Positions 12,349 to 25,429 of a stretch of DNA of 64,000 bases are shown here, piece by piece (within the stretch, counting starts at the first letter, position 1; every line of letters begins with the position of its first letter). This DNA comes from Malacoraja senta (lineage: Eukaryota). The notes below the pieces were generated by a model. The model did not search any database. It saw only the letters and a list, made by a program, of their open reading frames with translations, and was not told the origin of the DNA. The position numbers were made by a program, and so were the translations under genes. The DNA lies in contig CM075982.1 of NCBI GenBank assembly GCA_038087875.1, positions 55,428,001-55,492,000 of the forward strand, in the 5' to 3' direction.

Positions 12349-12714
12349 TTAGCCTGGTAGGGTTGCAAGTCTATTACAGGTTTGCAGAACCTATTTGACC
12401 TGAAAATGCTCAATGATGATTACTCCTGAGTCAGCATGTTCCATTTCCTAACAATGTTCCCAATGGAATAATGTGGATTTAATAACAGGAGCACAAAATT
12501 GACTCATGGACAGAGGTTTCTGGTCAAAATGGTTTTGCCCTTTCCACCAGAAATAATGAATTTTCAATTAAATATTGGTGAAAAAGCTATTGAATGTATT
12601 GCCTGTACAAATGTTGATTGCTAATGGCCTCATTTCAATAGTGGCTTAACAAGTGAGTGAATTGCAGAAAGAAAATATGCAACATCATTGAATCCAGTAA
12701 CCAAGTGTGATTTG

Positions 12715-12842
12715 AAGTCAGAAGAAACTGCAGATGCTGGTTTACAAAAAAAGATACAAATTGCAGGAGTAACTCAGCGGGATAGGCAACATCTCTGGAG
12801 AACATTGATAGGTGACATTTCAGGTCTGGACCCTTCTTCAGA
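12715..12842 (-). mobile_element. Single Penelope-derived arm with tail and degenerate hammerhead core
   Basis: GAAACTGCAGATGCTGG...GGTGACATTTCAGGTCTGGACCCTTCTTCAGA. Confidence 0.75.
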
Positions 12843-14489
12843 GCTGATTTACTTGTCTCACCCTCCACTGCATCATTAAAGTAAAAACTTGTCACAGAAA
12901 ATGGCTCTCCACACCATTGAGAGAGTGGGTTCAATTTACACAGTGGTAGTGAGTGATTAAAACAAAATCATACAGCACATTTGTAACAGAGGCCAGTAAA
13001 ATGCAAGGTATAAAACTAAAAAGGCACAACACAGTTATTTATATTTCAGATTATTAATGCTGTCCATTTGTAATGTGTTCTAATCATGAAATTAACTGTC
13101 TAATGTTATTTCCTAGCGCAGTGATGAAGCTTTGCCACAGTCAGTATTTGCTTCAGGGACATAAAGATTAACTGTCTTGTTGTCTGTGATATGGTGTACA
13201 TAACTGATCTCAGTCACTGAAATATTGTTACCAGCCAAGTGGAAGCTACGTTCATGAAACGTCAGTATATTTTATGGAGCATTATGAATACCTGAGCGAA
13301 TTGCAAGACATTAATCCAGTTGTGAGGCTCACGCAACAGCTTCAACAGGAGCAGAGCTCCAGCAATACATGGTCATTGCCAAAGCCCTGAAATTGGATTA
13401 GTGCCTGAAGAATCTATGAAAACCATTTCCATTGTCTATAGAATAATTTAAGATGGCAAATTATTGAATAATTTGCCATGCTATGCCTTCACTTGTGGTG
13501 CCTTTGGAAACATGGATATGCAAAGGATGTGAAGAAAATTACTTTACATGGCATGAGATCTGAAAGCATATTGCGGTAGAATCCTTAATGTTCTGGCCAC
13601 GCTTAAAGTGAGGCTTGAGAAATACATTAGCAAGAAAGGAACAGATGGATTTGTTGAAAGGTGAAATAAACTAGTGGCGGATCATGTGAAGCATAACTCA
13701 CTTCATACAAATTGCCTGCAAAATAATTTTATACCATTTACAATGGTTTCCACCAGTTTTTGACACTCTGCTTTGGCATGCTTGGCACATCCTACCATGC
13801 ATTGCGAGTTCAGATATGATAACTGCTTAGCTCCTCACTGTACATTGCCTCTGTTATACAAATTATACAGTACATTTGATGGTGCTGAGTGAGATCCTCT
13901 TTGCCAACATATACTCACAAAATTGCATCCAATATTGTAACATGGTGTTGGGGAAGAAAATATATCAAAACAACGTTCTGAAGGGATTACCATGGAATTC
14001 AATTAATTTGAGGCACGTTTAGTTCCTGGTTCTTTTGATCAGGATTTGCTGTCAACATAATGGTAAGTGCCTGCAGATAACATTTCTGAATGCATGGATT
14101 TATTTTAAATTAGATTAGTAAATGTTTTCTTCACAAACTACTTTTCCATCAACAATAATATCTAATACATAAATATGGAAAAGCCATGCATTCAGCAAAT
14201 ACACATCCACAGATTTTACCTTGAGAAACTCAAGGAGGCTCAATTTAATGGAATTCTATGTTAATCCCCTCCTCAGAATATTAAACCTTGATATATCTTC
14301 TTCCCCAGCATTATGTTAAAATATTGGATGTAATTTTGTGTATATATGTTGAAAATAGGGAATCTCACTTGGCACCCTCAAACGCACAATTTATCATGCA
14401 GTATATTGATACAGTATCAAAACGTTAATAGCAGTCCCTTGCTTTCTCGGATGGATAATGGTACCCACTCGCATACGCTAATGCTTATT

Positions 14490-17112
14490 AATGAACTAAG
14501 GAATTGTAAGGGTAAAAAGACCCTAATGGGACTTATCTACAGCCCCCCAAACAGTAGCCTGGATATAGGGTGCAAGTTGAATCAGGAGTTAAAATTGGCA
14601 TGTAGTAAAGGTAATGCTACGGTTGTTATGGGAGATTTCAACATGCAGGTTGCCTGGGAAAATCAGGTTGGTACTGGACCCCAAGAAAGGGAGTTTGTGG
14701 AGTGCCTCCATGATGGATTCTTAGAGCAGCTTGTATTGGAGCCTACCAGGGAGAAGGCAATTCTGGATTTAGTGTTATGTGATGAGCCGGATTTGATAAA
14801 CGAACTTGAGGTTAAGGAGCCATTAGGAGGTAGTGACCATAATATGGTCAAGTTTAATCTACAATTGGAGAGGGAGAAGGGTGAATCAGAGGTGTCAGTG
14901 TTACAGTTGAATAAAGGGGACTATGGAGCCATGAGGGAGGAGCTGGCCAGTTGACTGGAAAGATACCCTAGCAGGGATGACAGTGGAACAACAATGGCAG
15001 GTATTTCTGGGAATAACACAGAAGGTGCAGGATCAGTTCATTCCAAAGAGGAAGAAATATTCCAAGGGGAGTAAGGGGTGACCGTGGCTGACAAGGGACG
15101 TCAGGGACAGTATAAAAATAAAAGAGAAGAAGTACAAAGTAGCAAAGATGAGCGGGAAGCAAGAGGATTGGGTAATGTTTAAAGAGCAACAGAAGATAAC
15201 TAAAAAGGCAATACGGGGAGAAAAGATGAGGTATGAAGGTAAGCTAGCCAAGAATATAAAGGAGGATAGTAAAAATGTCTTTAGGTATGTGAAGAGGAAA
15301 AAATTAGTTAAGACCAAAGTTGGAACCTTGAAGACTGAAAAAGGTGAATTTATTATGGGGAGCAAGGAAATGGCAGACGAGTTGAACAGGTATTTTGGAA
15401 CTGTCTTCACTAAGGAGGACACAAACAATCTTCCTGATATACTAGTGGCTAGAGGATCTGGGATGACGGAGGAACTGAAGGAAATCCACATTAGGCAGGA
15501 AATGGTGTTGGGTAGACTGATGGGACTGAAGGCTGATAAATACCCAGGGCCTAATGATCTGCATCCCAGGGTACTTAAGGAAGTGGCTCTAGAAATCGTG
15601 GATGCATTGGTGATAATTTTCCAATGTTCTATAGATTCAGGATCAGTTCCTGTGGATTGGAGGGTAACTAATGTTATCCCACTTTTTAAGAAAGGCAGGA
15701 GAGAGAAAACAGGGAATTATAGACCAGTTAGCCTGACATTGGTGGTGGGGAAGATGCTGGAGTCAATCATAAAAGATGAAATAGCGGCACATTTGGATAG
15801 CAGTAACAGGATTGGTCCGAGTCAGCATGGATTTACAAAGGGGAAATCATGCTTGACTAATCTTCTGGAATCTTTTGAGGATGTAACTGGGAAAATGGAC
15901 AAGGGAGAGCCAGTGGATGTCGTGTACCTGGACTTTCAGAAAGCATTTGATAAGGACCCACATAGGAGATTAGTGGGCAAAATTAGGGCACATGGTATTG
16001 GGGGAAGAGGGCTGACATGGATAGAAAATTGGTTGGTAGACAGGAAACAAAGAGTAGGGATTAATGGGTCCCTTTCAGAATGGCAGGCAGTGACTAGTGG
16101 GGTACCACGAGGCTCGGTGCTGGGACCGCAGCTATTTACAATATACACCAATGATTTAGATGAAGGGATTCAAAGTAATATTAGCAAATTTGCAGATGAC
16201 AGAAAGCTGGGTGGCAGTGTGAACTGTGAGGAGGATTCTATGAGAATGCAGGGTGAATTGGACAGGTTGGGTGAGTGGGCAGATGCATGGCAGATGCAGT
16301 TTAATGTGGATAAATGTGAGGTTATCCATTTTGTTAGCAAAAACAGGAAGGCAGATTACTATCTAAATGCTGTCAAGTTGGGAAAAGGGGAAGTACAACA
16401 GGATCTGGGGGTCCTTGTTCATCAGTCAATGAAAGTAAGCATGCAGGTACAGCAAGCAGTGAAGAAAGCGAATGGCATGTTGGCCTTTATGACAAGAGGA
16501 GTTGAGTATAGGAGCAAAGAGGTCCTTCTGTAGTCGTATAGGGCCCTGGTGAGACTGCACCTGGAGTATTGTGTGCAGTTTTGGTCCCCTAATTTGAGGA
16601 AGGACATTCCTGCTATTGAGGGAGTGCAGCGTAGGTTTACAAGGTTAATTCCCGGGATGGCGGGACTGTCATATGCTGAGAGAATGGAGTGGCTGGGCTT
16701 GGATACACCGGAGTTTAGAAGGATGATAGGCGATCTTATTGAAACATATAAGATTATTAAGGGTTTGGACACGCCGAAGGCAGGAAATATGTTCCCGATG
16801 TTGGGGGAGTCCAGAACCAGGGGCCACAGTTTAAGAATAAGGGGTAACCATTTAAAACGGTGACGAGGAAACACTTTTTCTCACAGAGAGTTGTGAGTTT
16901 ATGGAATTCTCTGCCTCAGAGGGCGGTGGAGGCCAGTTCTCTGGATACTTTCCAGAGAGAGCCAGATAGGGCTCTTAAAGATAGCGGAGTCAGGGGATAT
17001 GGGGAGAAGGCAGGAACAGGGTAGTGATTGGGGATGATCAGCCATGATTACATTAAATGGCGGTGCTAGCTGGAAGGGCCGAATGGCCTACTGCTGCACC
17101 TATTGTCTATTA
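14490..17112 (+). mobile_element. CR1-clade LINE (HER1-like), 5'-truncated, ORF2 pseudogene
   Basis: AP-endonuclease motifs (MGDFN, LDLVL, SDHN) and RT motifs (NYRPVSLT, QHGF, YLDFQKAFD, GVPRGSVLGP, FADD). Frameshift near 14950, stops near 15080 and at 16531. 3'UTR ends GGCCGAATGGCCTAC...CTATTGTCTAT. Confidence 0.95.
15148..16533 (+). pseudogene. CR1 ORF2 reverse transcriptase remnant (461-aa open segment)
   Basis: RT domain with FADD; bounded by a frameshift and premature stops. Confidence 0.9.
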
Positions 17113-17286
17113 TTTCATTTAAAGTTCTGTGATTGTATTTGACAAAATTTGGGTTTTACAATTTATGTGGATTCAAGAATAAATGGGTTTCTCTACCACT
17201 TGTTGACGTAATTTTGAATATACTTTACCCCAGATACACAAACCGCTGATGCCAATATATGGATTAAATCTATCTAATAACTTTCT

Positions 17287-17402
17287 ATCTGAAGGAGGGG
17301 CCCAACCCAAAATATTTGTTGTCTATTTCCTTCCACGGCTGAGTTCTTCCAGCACTTTGTCTTTTGCTCATGATTCCAGCAGCTGCATGTCCTTTTGTCT
17401 CT
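17287..17402 (+). mobile_element. Old Penelope-derived arm
   Basis: CTGAAGGAGGGGCCCAACCCAAAA...GCTGAGTTCTTCCAGCACTTTGT...CCAGCAGCTGCA. Confidence 0.55.
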
Positions 17403-18369
17403 CTGCTTTCAAAGAAAGTTCCTAAGATAATTTGTAACCTTGGCTTGATCACAGGGAACTCCATAATTAGACTTTCCTAATTTTGAAACACCATTTCAGC
17501 TTCTTCCCTATATCTATCAAGAACTTAATGTTAAGGCATTTGAATGAATGCGGCTTGTGGGAATCTTCTATCAGTGACAAATATCTGTAATTATCAATAA
17601 CCTCACATATATTTTTATTAAGGGAAGTTAAAATTCCTTTGAGCATATTTGTGAAGATTTTACTATTTGTATTCAAAGTGTTTGGCTGGAACTTATTGCA
17701 TGCAACCAGTGGTTCCAAGTTACTCAAAAAGCATGTTCTGCACATCTGCACATCTGCACCTTTGCACCACAATTGGGAAGTATTGAATGTACTGGAGCTC
17801 AGATGCAGGCACATCTTAGAGCATGCTTCATCCTCGACTCAGCATCGATTCCAGGAGCATTACATGCTATCCTGAGGTGACGAGCTGGTTGTACTATGTA
17901 TCGGGTCCCTCAGCTTCACACCAGCCAAAAGTGGCATAAAAAGCACAGCACCAGTCAACCTTAGTTGAAAGGATAAGATTCTTGTTAATTTTCCTTCATG
18001 TGTCCCCTGCATATTTTTGTTTTCAATTAATAAATATATTTCAAATTATGATATTTGATTATTTATTTGATTTCTTTTTAGGTTGTAAGTTTTCTAAATT
18101 ATGTAAATCAATGTCCATTGAAAGCCATCAGGGGATAATGGAGTGTGCTCTGCATCCTCCAGATGTCTAATGCTGACTAGTGTTCATTCTGCTCACAAGG
18201 TGGCTGTTGAAAAGTGCTCATGTGAACATGGGAGGTCACATGATGGCAAAAGGCTAGTTGGCTATCAGGTTAGCAGTGGATTGGAGAGAGTGCAATGCAA
18301 CATGTTTTCTTGAGTTTTCTGCCCGGGCTCAGGTCCCAGCACTCTCAGATTACCCACGGTTTTGTGGAA

Positions 18370-18760
18370 GTTCATACATTCATAAATGATGGGAGCAAAT
18401 TAGGCCATTTTGGCTCATCTAGGTGTATTCAATCATGGCTGATCTATCTTTCTCCCTTAACCTAATTCTCCTGCCCTCTTCCCATAACCCCTGCCACCCA
18501 TACTAATCAAGAATCTATCTATCTCTGCCTTAAAGAATATCTATTGGCATCCACAGCCTTCTGTGGCAATGAATTCCACGGATTCACCACCCTCTGACTA
18601 AAGAAATTCCTCATCATCTTCCTAAAGGAACATCTTTTCATTCTGAGGCTATGATCTCTGGTCCTAGATTCTCCCACCCATGGAAACATCCTCTCCGCAT
18701 CCACGCTATCCAGGCCTTTCACTATTCAGTAAGTTTCAATGAGGTCCCCCCCTCATTCTT
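18370..18760 (-). mobile_element. CR1 3' fragment
   Basis: ORF 18519-18722 KGLDSVDAERMFP.VGESRTRDHSL...FFSQRVVNPWNSLP, plus CR1 3'UTR. Confidence 0.9.
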
Positions 18761-18835
18761 GCGGTCTGACTGCACTGCTGTCTGCCCACACTGTGTGGAG
18801 AGCCAGTGGAGTCTAATTGGGTAGCAGGACACGCA

Positions 18836-18897
18836 GTCCCAGATTAGACCTTGTCCAGGCACAGCTTGTCCCAGATTAGACCTTGTCCAGGCACAGC
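18836..18897 (+). repeat. Local tandem duplication (32-bp period)
   Basis: GTCCCAGATTAGACCTTGTCCAGGCACAGC occurs twice. Confidence 0.9.
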
Positions 18898-19504
18898 AGC
18901 CCTGCTTAAATTAATGGAAAGGCAGTATAATTGGATAGTCTTTACAGAGACACAGCTGAAGGATGGCAGAGATTGTGATCTGAATATTGAAGGTTAATGA
19001 CATTTTAGAAGAACTGAAAGAAGGAAAAGGTCAAGGAGTGGTTCGGTAAATTGACGATAGTCTTAATACAATAGTGAAGATGACTTAGGTTCAGGAAACC
19101 AGCATGTAGAAATAGAGTGGATGGAGATAATAAAGGAAAGAGGTCATTTGTGAGAGGTTTCAATCAATCAGCGCACTGTGAGACAGAATAGAAAGGAAAA
19201 AGTAATGAGACCTTGTCAGAATTATGTACTGCAGCTACAATTTTTGAAGATTTTAATCTATAAATGGACTAGAAAAATCAGATGGGAAAGGTAATTTTGA
19301 TGAAGAATTTATTGAATGTTTGTGCGATGGTTTATTAGAACATCATATTTTGGAACCATTCAGAGAATGACTACATGTGATCTCATCTTGTGTAAAACAG
19401 ATAGATTTAATTTAATGACAGCACCATGAAAGAAACATGTGGTCACAACTAGTAGAGTATGAATGAATCTTACATTAATTTTCAGTGAATGAAGAATGGA
19501 TCAA

Positions 19505-19815
19505 AGAACTGGCATTTTAAACATTTTGAAAAGGTTTGTACATTCCACGCCCTCAAGGTCAGCTATGGGAATCGCCGCCAAGGCACAAAGTTGGCCGGGC
19601 GAGGAGACGGATGTAGGTTTGCTGAACAATCCAGACAAAGGTGATGGCTGGAGGCCTTGCAGCAGCCTGGGTCTTGCCTGGATCGGGCACCGCTCCATAA
19701 GACCAAGCACGTGAACCAGACTTTGGAACATTGAAAATGGAGTCAAATCTGACAACTCAAAAAATAATTTCACTGTGCTTTGCACATGTGACAATAAAGC
19801 ACTATTGACCCATTG
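19505..19815 (+). mobile_element. SINE-like insertion with TTTCACTGTG...CATGTGACAATAAA 3' end
   Basis: GC-rich body; 3' end shared with copies at about 5025-5070, 28865-28985 (-), 32750-32835 and 47930-48130 (-). Confidence 0.6.
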
Positions 19816-19889
19816 AAATATGGGCAAATTAGAGAGCACAAAAACGGAGCTAAATAAAGGGAACTGTCAAATTAGTTTGAATGATTGAA

Positions 19890-21350
19890 AAAGACATAAA
19901 GTGCTGGAAGAGTAACTCAGTGGATCAGGCAGCATTTCTGGAGAACATAGATAAGTGACATTTTGGGTCAGGACCCTTCTTCAGACTGATTGTGTTGGGG
20001 TAAGGGGGAAAGAAAGGTGGAAAGAGGAGGGCAGGATAAAGTGATAGGTGGATACAGGTGTGAGTTTTTATCAGATAGGCAGATGATTGGACAAAGGCCA
20101 GAAATTAAAAATTAAAGGTGTGAGATAAGGATAGAAGAGCCGCACATTGTGAAGCCAGAGGAAAGAATGTAGGTGGAGGGGAGATGCAGCGGAGAAATTA
20201 CCTTTCTGTCCTGGGCGTCCTGCATTGTCAGCAGTGACGGAAATCGCTATCAAAATATGGGGGGGAGACTGGGGGGGCCACAATTTTTTGGTGGCCGCGC
20301 ACGCATGTGCACACTCACGCACACTAGGGAGGCTTTGAAGGCTTCAGCCGTGGGCCCTGTGAACGGTAATTTCAGCTCAATCCAGCGCTAAATGCAGCTT
20401 AACTCTGCCTGTCTCGCCGGGGCAATCTACAGCCCTGCCTGGACTGACAGATACCATTCTGGAGCCGTGGAGCTAGCGCTGCTTCTCCATGCTGGCTGTA
20501 AGCATGGTCCATATTTCCCTTAAGTCTAGGCAGGGCTGTAGGTTAACCCGGCGGGACAGGCAGAGTTGAGCTGGGTTTAGCGCTGCTTCTCTGCGCTGGC
20601 TGTGGGCCGGGGGGACACCACGCCCATCTGACTCCCGACGTCTCTGGCCACCCCCGGGCATGGGGGGGGGGCACTCGGGTGGGGACAGGGATGGTCCAGT
20701 GGAGGTTCGGCAGCGATTGTAGCGCCGGAAAGCCGGCCGGGGTCTATCCTGGCTGCGGATGACGCGCAGGTCTGTGTCCAGGGCTGCCATTGTGACCCTA
20801 TGACCTGGGCACGTCTCCCTCCTCCAATCACCGCGGTCTATCCTCAATCCCAACCTCCCTACTTCCGCCTCTGACCGACACCTCCCTCCTCCAATCATCG
20901 TGCTGAATCATCATGTCTCGCTCTCATTGCCTGCTGACCGACGTCTCTCTTGTCCAATCGGCGCCCTCGATCATCAGTGCCACCCCCAGTCCCGCGGAAA
21001 GTGGAGATTTTACCGGGTTTTAAAATCCGGATTACAAAAATTTGGGGGGAGGGGGGGGGGATCGTCCCCCACATCTCAAAACAGAGGGCCCCTGGGATTT
21101 CCGCCACTGATTGTCAGAGTGAGGGCACTCGCAAACAGGAGGTACGGCACCCATATTCCACCTATCCTCTTCTCTTCCAGCTTTCTCCAAACCCCACCCC
21201 CTGCCCACCACCACAATCCGCCTGAAGAAGGGCCCCGACTCAAAACATCACCTATCCTTGTTCTCCAGATATACTGCCCGACCTGTTAAATTACTCTAGT
21301 ATCTTGTGTCTTTTTTTTTGTAAACCAGCATTTATAACTCCTTGGTTCTA
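19890..21350. mobile_element. Inverted Penelope-like element interrupted by a hAT MITE
   Basis: Antisense arm at 19890-20195. Sense arm begins about 20200 (LSVLGVLHCQSEGTRKQE, Penelope ORF C-terminus), has a degenerate hammerhead at 21222-21249, and its tail runs to about 21350. Confidence 0.7.
20232..21109. mobile_element. Non-autonomous hAT-superfamily DNA transposon (878 bp)
   Basis: 14-bp TIRs CAGTGACGGAAATC / GATTTCCGCCACTG (one mismatch) and a perfect 8-bp TSD ATTGTCAG at 20224-20231 and 21110-21117. Confidence 0.9.
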
Positions 21351-22514
21351 GATAAAATGATTAGACAGTTCAGATTCAATGCCAGATATTCAAAGGGATT
21401 TTTCAGAATACGCGGGATCAATATATTCCAACAAGGGAGAAAAGTACCAAGGGGAGCACCCACCATCTGTGATTAAATAAAAAAATATAAGGATCATTCA
21501 TAACAGACTTTAAGATAAATCTATAAGATAATTGTACAAGGCAGGATAGACAGGTTGAGACTGAATGAAGTTTGGAAACATGAGGGGTGATCTTACAGAA
21601 ACATGCAGGATCCTGAGGGGCTTTGACAGGGTAGATACCAAGATGTTTTTACAAGTGGAAGAAACTTAAGCAAGAGGTTGTCGTTTCAAGATAAAGGGCC
21701 AGTCATTTAAAACCAGGCAGGGTACATAGAAATTTCTTCTCACTGATTTTGGCAAATCTGTAAAATTCTCTGCCCTAGAGGGTAGCGGAGGCTTATTTAT
21801 TAGCATATTAAAAATGGAAGTGAATACATTTTTTAAATATTGAGGGATTGAGGTGTATGGGTATCTGGCACAGAGGAGGAGTGGATGCCAGTGGTAGATC
21901 AGTCATAATCATGTGGAATGCAGGGACAGGCTTGATCAGCCAGGTGGCCTACTCCTGCTCCTATTATCTTGTGTTCAAGACAGATGGCCATTGAGAAGCT
22001 TGGAGAGAATAAGAAAGCAGCACAAAAATGACTAAAGAATTAATAGATTCTTAGAAGAGAAGAGATTTGATTAAACAAGCAAGACTCTGAGGCTGGTACA
22101 AGCAAAAACTTAAAATATTTTAAACGCAGAGGTAGATGGACACTTGATAAGCAAAAGAGTTGAATGGTTAGTTTGGTAGATGGAAATACAGAGTTGAGGA
22201 TACAACCATGATTGCATCAGATAATGATGCTGGTTTGAAGGACTGAGTGACCTATTTCCCCCCCTTTTTTTAATAGATGCAGTAAGAATGGTAAAATGAG
22301 CTTTATATTTAATTTCAGAAATTTAAATGTGCTAAATTGTTTTCAGGCATGCGTGAATGCTTTTTAGTGTTTTAATTTATTTTATGTTTAATTTTTTAAT
22401 GCAATTTTAATCTTTAATCTTCTAAGTGTTTTTGAATGTCTGGAGTGTGAAAGGCATTCAGTTTAAACTAGAGTTTGGTCTGCCTGTGAACCGAGGCTTC
22501 TCCAGGAGAACCTT

Positions 22515-23022
22515 GCTCACTACAGGAAAGATGTGGAAGCTTTGGAGAGGGTGCAGAGGAGGTCTACCAGAATGCTGCCTGGATTAGAGGGTGTCAGCTA
22601 TCAGGAGAGGTTGGATAGACTTGGATTGTTTTTTCAGGAATGTTGGAGGTTGAGGGGACACATGATAGAAGTATACAAAATTCTGAAAGGTGTAGGGTAG
22701 ATAGTCAGAGCCTTTTTCCCAGGGTGGAAATGTCCAACACAAGAAGGCATAGCCATAAGATGAGAGGGGGAAGTTTAATGATGATGTGTGGGGCAACGTT
22801 TTACACAGAGAGTAGTGGGGGCTTGGAATACATTACCTGGGATAGTTGTGGAGGCGGATACAATAGTGGCATTTAAGAGGTTTTGCGATAGGCACATGAA
22901 AGTGTAAGAGGAATATGTATCATGTACAGGCAGATGAGATCAGTTTAATATGGCATGATGTTCGACACGAACATTGTGGGCTGACGGGCCTGTTGTTGTG
23001 CTGTACTGTGCTATGTTCTATG
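22515..23022 (+). mobile_element. CR1 3' fragment
   Basis: YRKDVEALERVQRRSTRMLPGL...SYQERLDRLGLF; ends CTGTACTGTGCTATGTTCTATGTT. Confidence 0.85.
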
Positions 23023-23836
23023 TTGCCCACTCTTTTACCACATATACATATTTTGAATCTTTGGGATAGCTGTCCTGTGCATAGACTTGGATAAGATTTC
23101 CTCTGGTTTAGAAGATTGGGGGATTAGCAAAGTTAATGGATAAAATGATTAGATGGGTAAAGAAATTATTTCCTCCACTGGGGAAACCAGCACAAGCTGA
23201 TTGAAGGAAACTTGATCTGGTCCATGCTGAGTGAAATCAGGAAGCATCTCATTGGTCGTCTGGACTTTTCTCTGTGAAAACACTGAGGCAATTGTGAATG
23301 GCAAGATTAAAATCATGGCTAAAGAAATTCAGGGATTTATGCCAAGGCAGATGGAGATTAGAGAGATTAGAGAGATTCCTTTATTTGTCATTCAGACCTT
23401 TCGGTCTGAACGAAATTTCGATGAGGTACAGTTCATAAAGGATGCAAAGAGCCTGAGAGGATGGACAGCTTATTCCTGCACAATATATTTGCCACAATGA
23501 TACCTAGAGAAAATACAGGATCTGTTCGGAGCAGGAGAAAACTAGTATATTTATTAGACAGAAAATGAAAAGATAGCAGGTCTTAATTTCCAGTGGTTAG
23601 CTGTGGGGCTTCATTTTTCATTGTTTTAGGGTTCACTAATTTTAATCTATCTGCTTCCCCAGGGTCTTCCTAAAGTTAAATGACCCTTTTCTCCCAAAAG
23701 CTGCTGCATTGCTGAGCTATCAGAGACTTTGTGGGCAAAATCAGCAGATACTGCCCTAAACATGGCCAAGATCATCTGTCAAGGTAACAATGGCTGACAT
23801 GTGCAACTCCCATCCATTCTGGTGGGAGGTGATCTA

Positions 23837-25429
23837 CAGTGCATTCAGAAAGTATTCAGACCCCTTCTCGTTTTCCACATTTTGTTACGTTACAGCCTTA
23901 TTTTAAAATGGATTCATTTTAAAAAAAATCATCAATCTACACACAATACCCCAGAATGAAGAAGCGAAAACGGGTGTTTAGACATTTTGGCAAAGTAATC
24001 AAAAAGAAATAACTGAAATATCACATTTACATAAGTATTCAGACCCTTTGCCATGACACTCAAAATTGAGCTTAGATTCATCCTATTTCCATTGATTATC
24101 CTTGAGATGTCTCTACAACTTGATTGGAGTCCACCAGTGGTAAATTAAGTTGATTGGACATGATTTGGAAAGGCACACACCCATCTATATAAGGTCCCAC
24201 AGTTGACACTGCATGTCAGAGCAAAATCCAAGCCATGAAGATGAAGGAATTTTCCATAGACCTCCGAGACAAGATTGTGTCAAGACACAGATCTGGGGAA
24301 GGGTATGAAACAATTTCTGCAGCATTGCAGGTCCTGAAGAGCACAGTATCCTCTGTCATTCTTAAATGGAAGAACTTTGGAACCACCAGGACTCTTCATA
24401 GAGCTGGCCGCCCGGCCAAGGAGCAATCAGGGGAGAAGGGCCTTGGTCAGGAAGGTGACCAAGAACCCGATGGTCATTCTGACGGAGCTCCAGAGTTTCT
24501 CTGTGTAGATGGAAGAACCTCCCAGATGGACAACTATATCTGCAGCACTCCACAAATCAGGCCTTTATGGTAGAGTGGCCAGATGGAAGCCACTCCTCAG
24601 TAAAAGGCACATGACAGCCCGCTTGGAGTTTGCTAAAAGGCACCTAAAGGACTCTCAGACCAAATTCTCTGAAACCAAGATTGAACTCTTTGGCCTGAAT
24701 GCCAAGCGTCACGACTGGAGGAAACCAGGCACCGCTCATCACGGTGAAGCATGGTGGTGGCAGCATCATGCTGTGGTGATGTTTTTCAGCGGCAGGAATT
24801 GGGAGACTAGTCAGGATCGAGGGAAAGATGAACGGAGCAAAGTACAGAGAGACCCTTGATGAAAACCTGCTCCAGAGGGTTCTGGACCTCAGACTGGGGC
24901 GGAGGTTCACATTCCAACCGGACAATGACATTAAGCACACAGCCAAGACAACGCAGGAGTGGTTTTGTGACAAGTCTGTGAATGTCCTAGAGTGGCTCAG
25001 TCAGAGCCCGGACTTGAACCCGATCGAACATCTCTGGAGGGACCTGAAAATAGCTGAGCATCGATGCTTCCCATCCAACCTGACAGAGCTTGAGAGGATC
25101 TGCAGAGAAGAATGGGAGAAATTACCTAAATAAAGGTGTGCCAAGCTTGTAGTGTCATAACCAAGAAGACTTGAGGCTGTAATCGCTGCCAAAGGTGCCT
25201 TAACAAAGTACTGAGTAAAGGGTCTGAATATTTATGTAAATGTGATATTTCAGTTATTTCTTTTTAATTACTGGATACATTTTCTAAACACTTGTTTTTA
25301 CATTTTTATTATGGGGTATTGTGTGTAATTGTTGATTAAAAAAATGAATTGAATCCATTTTAGAATAAGGCTGTAACATAACAAAATGTGGACAAAGTGA
25401 AGGGATTTGAATACTTTCTGAATGCACTG
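23837..25429 (+). mobile_element. Full-length Tc1-like transposon of IR/DR type (1593 bp), decayed
   Basis: TA TSDs at 23835-23836 and 25430-25431. About 210-bp TIRs begin CAGTGCATTCAGAAAGTATTCA, with inner direct repeats near 24031-24050 and 25215-25234. Confidence 0.95.
24235..25214 (+). pseudogene. Tc1 DD34E transposase pseudogene
   Basis: Paired-like HTH (LRDKIVSRHRSGEGY..IS..L), GRP motif, and QPDND-34 aa-NPIEHLW. The first catalytic Asp is deleted (FSETKIELFG vs WSDETK), with several frameshifts and stops. Confidence 0.9.

Larger units (their letters stand above)
18900..21975 (+). mobile_element. Old, internally deleted CR1 LINE hosting nested insertions
   Basis: Decayed endonuclease region at 18900-19500 (LTETQLKDG, DFN, DGLLEHHILEP), continuation at 19815-19890 and 21355-21540, and a 3' end at 21540-21975 (GGCCTACTCCTGCTCCTATT). 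Confidence 0.65.

Noticed and set aside
14346-14954. 202-aa ORF as a real gene
   Set aside because: It is a chance fusion of about 48 codons of flank with the 5'-truncated CR1 endonuclease frame, and ends at a frameshift.
20473-21289. Cluster of 60-141 aa ORFs
   Set aside because: They arise from stop-poor GC-rich MITE sequence and contain no transposase motifs.
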